A DNA stretch of 61,207 nt, filler included, from Sphacelaria rigidula (taxonomy: Eukaryota), in assembly GCA_964200075.2 (NCBI GenBank). It is 6 parts of 6 records of this genome, joined end to end, with 100 filler letters (N's around TTAATTAATTAA, not from the genome) between each part and the next. Parts side by side here need not be neighbours in the genome. Positions count along the whole stretch, not along the records: positions 51,091 to 61,207 come from CAXNAA020007102.1; 5 more parts are not named here. One strand, 5' to 3'. The notes beneath the pieces are model-generated. The model did not search any database, was not told the DNA's origin, and saw only the letters and a program-made list of their open reading frames with translations. Positions 60,876-61,207 of this stretch are shown here, in pieces. How positions within the stretch are numbered: the first letter of the stretch is position 1; the number at the start of each line of letters is the position of its first letter. The position numbers and the translations under genes were made by a program.

Positions 60876-61207
60876 ACCCTACCGATACCGGTCCGATCGG
60901 GTATTTTTACATTTCATACGAGCTGGGCCAGCCTTAAAACGGATTTGAGCTCTCAAAGCAAAATCTCAACGACACAGACGAGTTGGGCTGTGATCGGTGC
61001 ATCGTATTGATAGTCTAATCAAGGGGAAGGTGCTCACCTGCTCAAACATCTGGGCCATTTTTTCCTCGTTGATTAAACCCTGTCTCGTAATTCCTATGCC
61101 GTACGGAGATAGCGTCCACACCATAATCCACGGTTAGGACAAAGAATGATTCGTCAGGAAATTACTTGGTTTTAGAAAAATAAGTTGACTCGTGATGAAT
61201 GAATCCC

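Overview
Repeat-rich eukaryotic nuclear DNA, probably from a brown alga or other stramenopile. This is inferred from GT-AG introns of about 0.4-1.6 kb, a ciliary NPHP4 gene and the style of the repeats. The window is not one locus. It is six scaffolds of 10119, 10118, 10118, 10118, 10117 and 10117 bp, sorted by size and joined by artificial 100-nt linkers (N44-TTAATTAATTAA-N44). Scaffold 1 (1-10119) holds a foldback hairpin, a degenerate ~42-bp array, a tRNA-like element and four in-phase exons of an unidentified gene. Scaffold 2 (10220-20337) holds a full-length but decayed chromodomain Ty3/Gypsy element on the minus strand with 362-bp LTRs. Scaffold 3 (20438-30555) holds an internally deleted Gypsy element with a MITE in its gag, a gag fragment related to the scaffold-2 element, and two dCMP deaminase exons. 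Scaffold 4 (30656-40773) holds eight in-phase exons of nephrocystin-4, with MITEs and a compound microsatellite in the introns. Scaffold 5 (40874-50990) holds a 63-bp minisatellite, a Stowaway-like MITE, isolated exons and a palindromic 42-bp array. Scaffold 6 (51091-61207) holds a degenerate duplication, a tRNA-derived SINE and a long ~42-bp array. Two signals remain unexplained: (i) three different foldback MITEs share an AACA(C/G)GGGATT terminus and 4-bp target duplications, and (ii) ~42-bp degenerate arrays occur in three unrelated scaffolds. No CRISPR-Cas or other prokaryotic system is supported.
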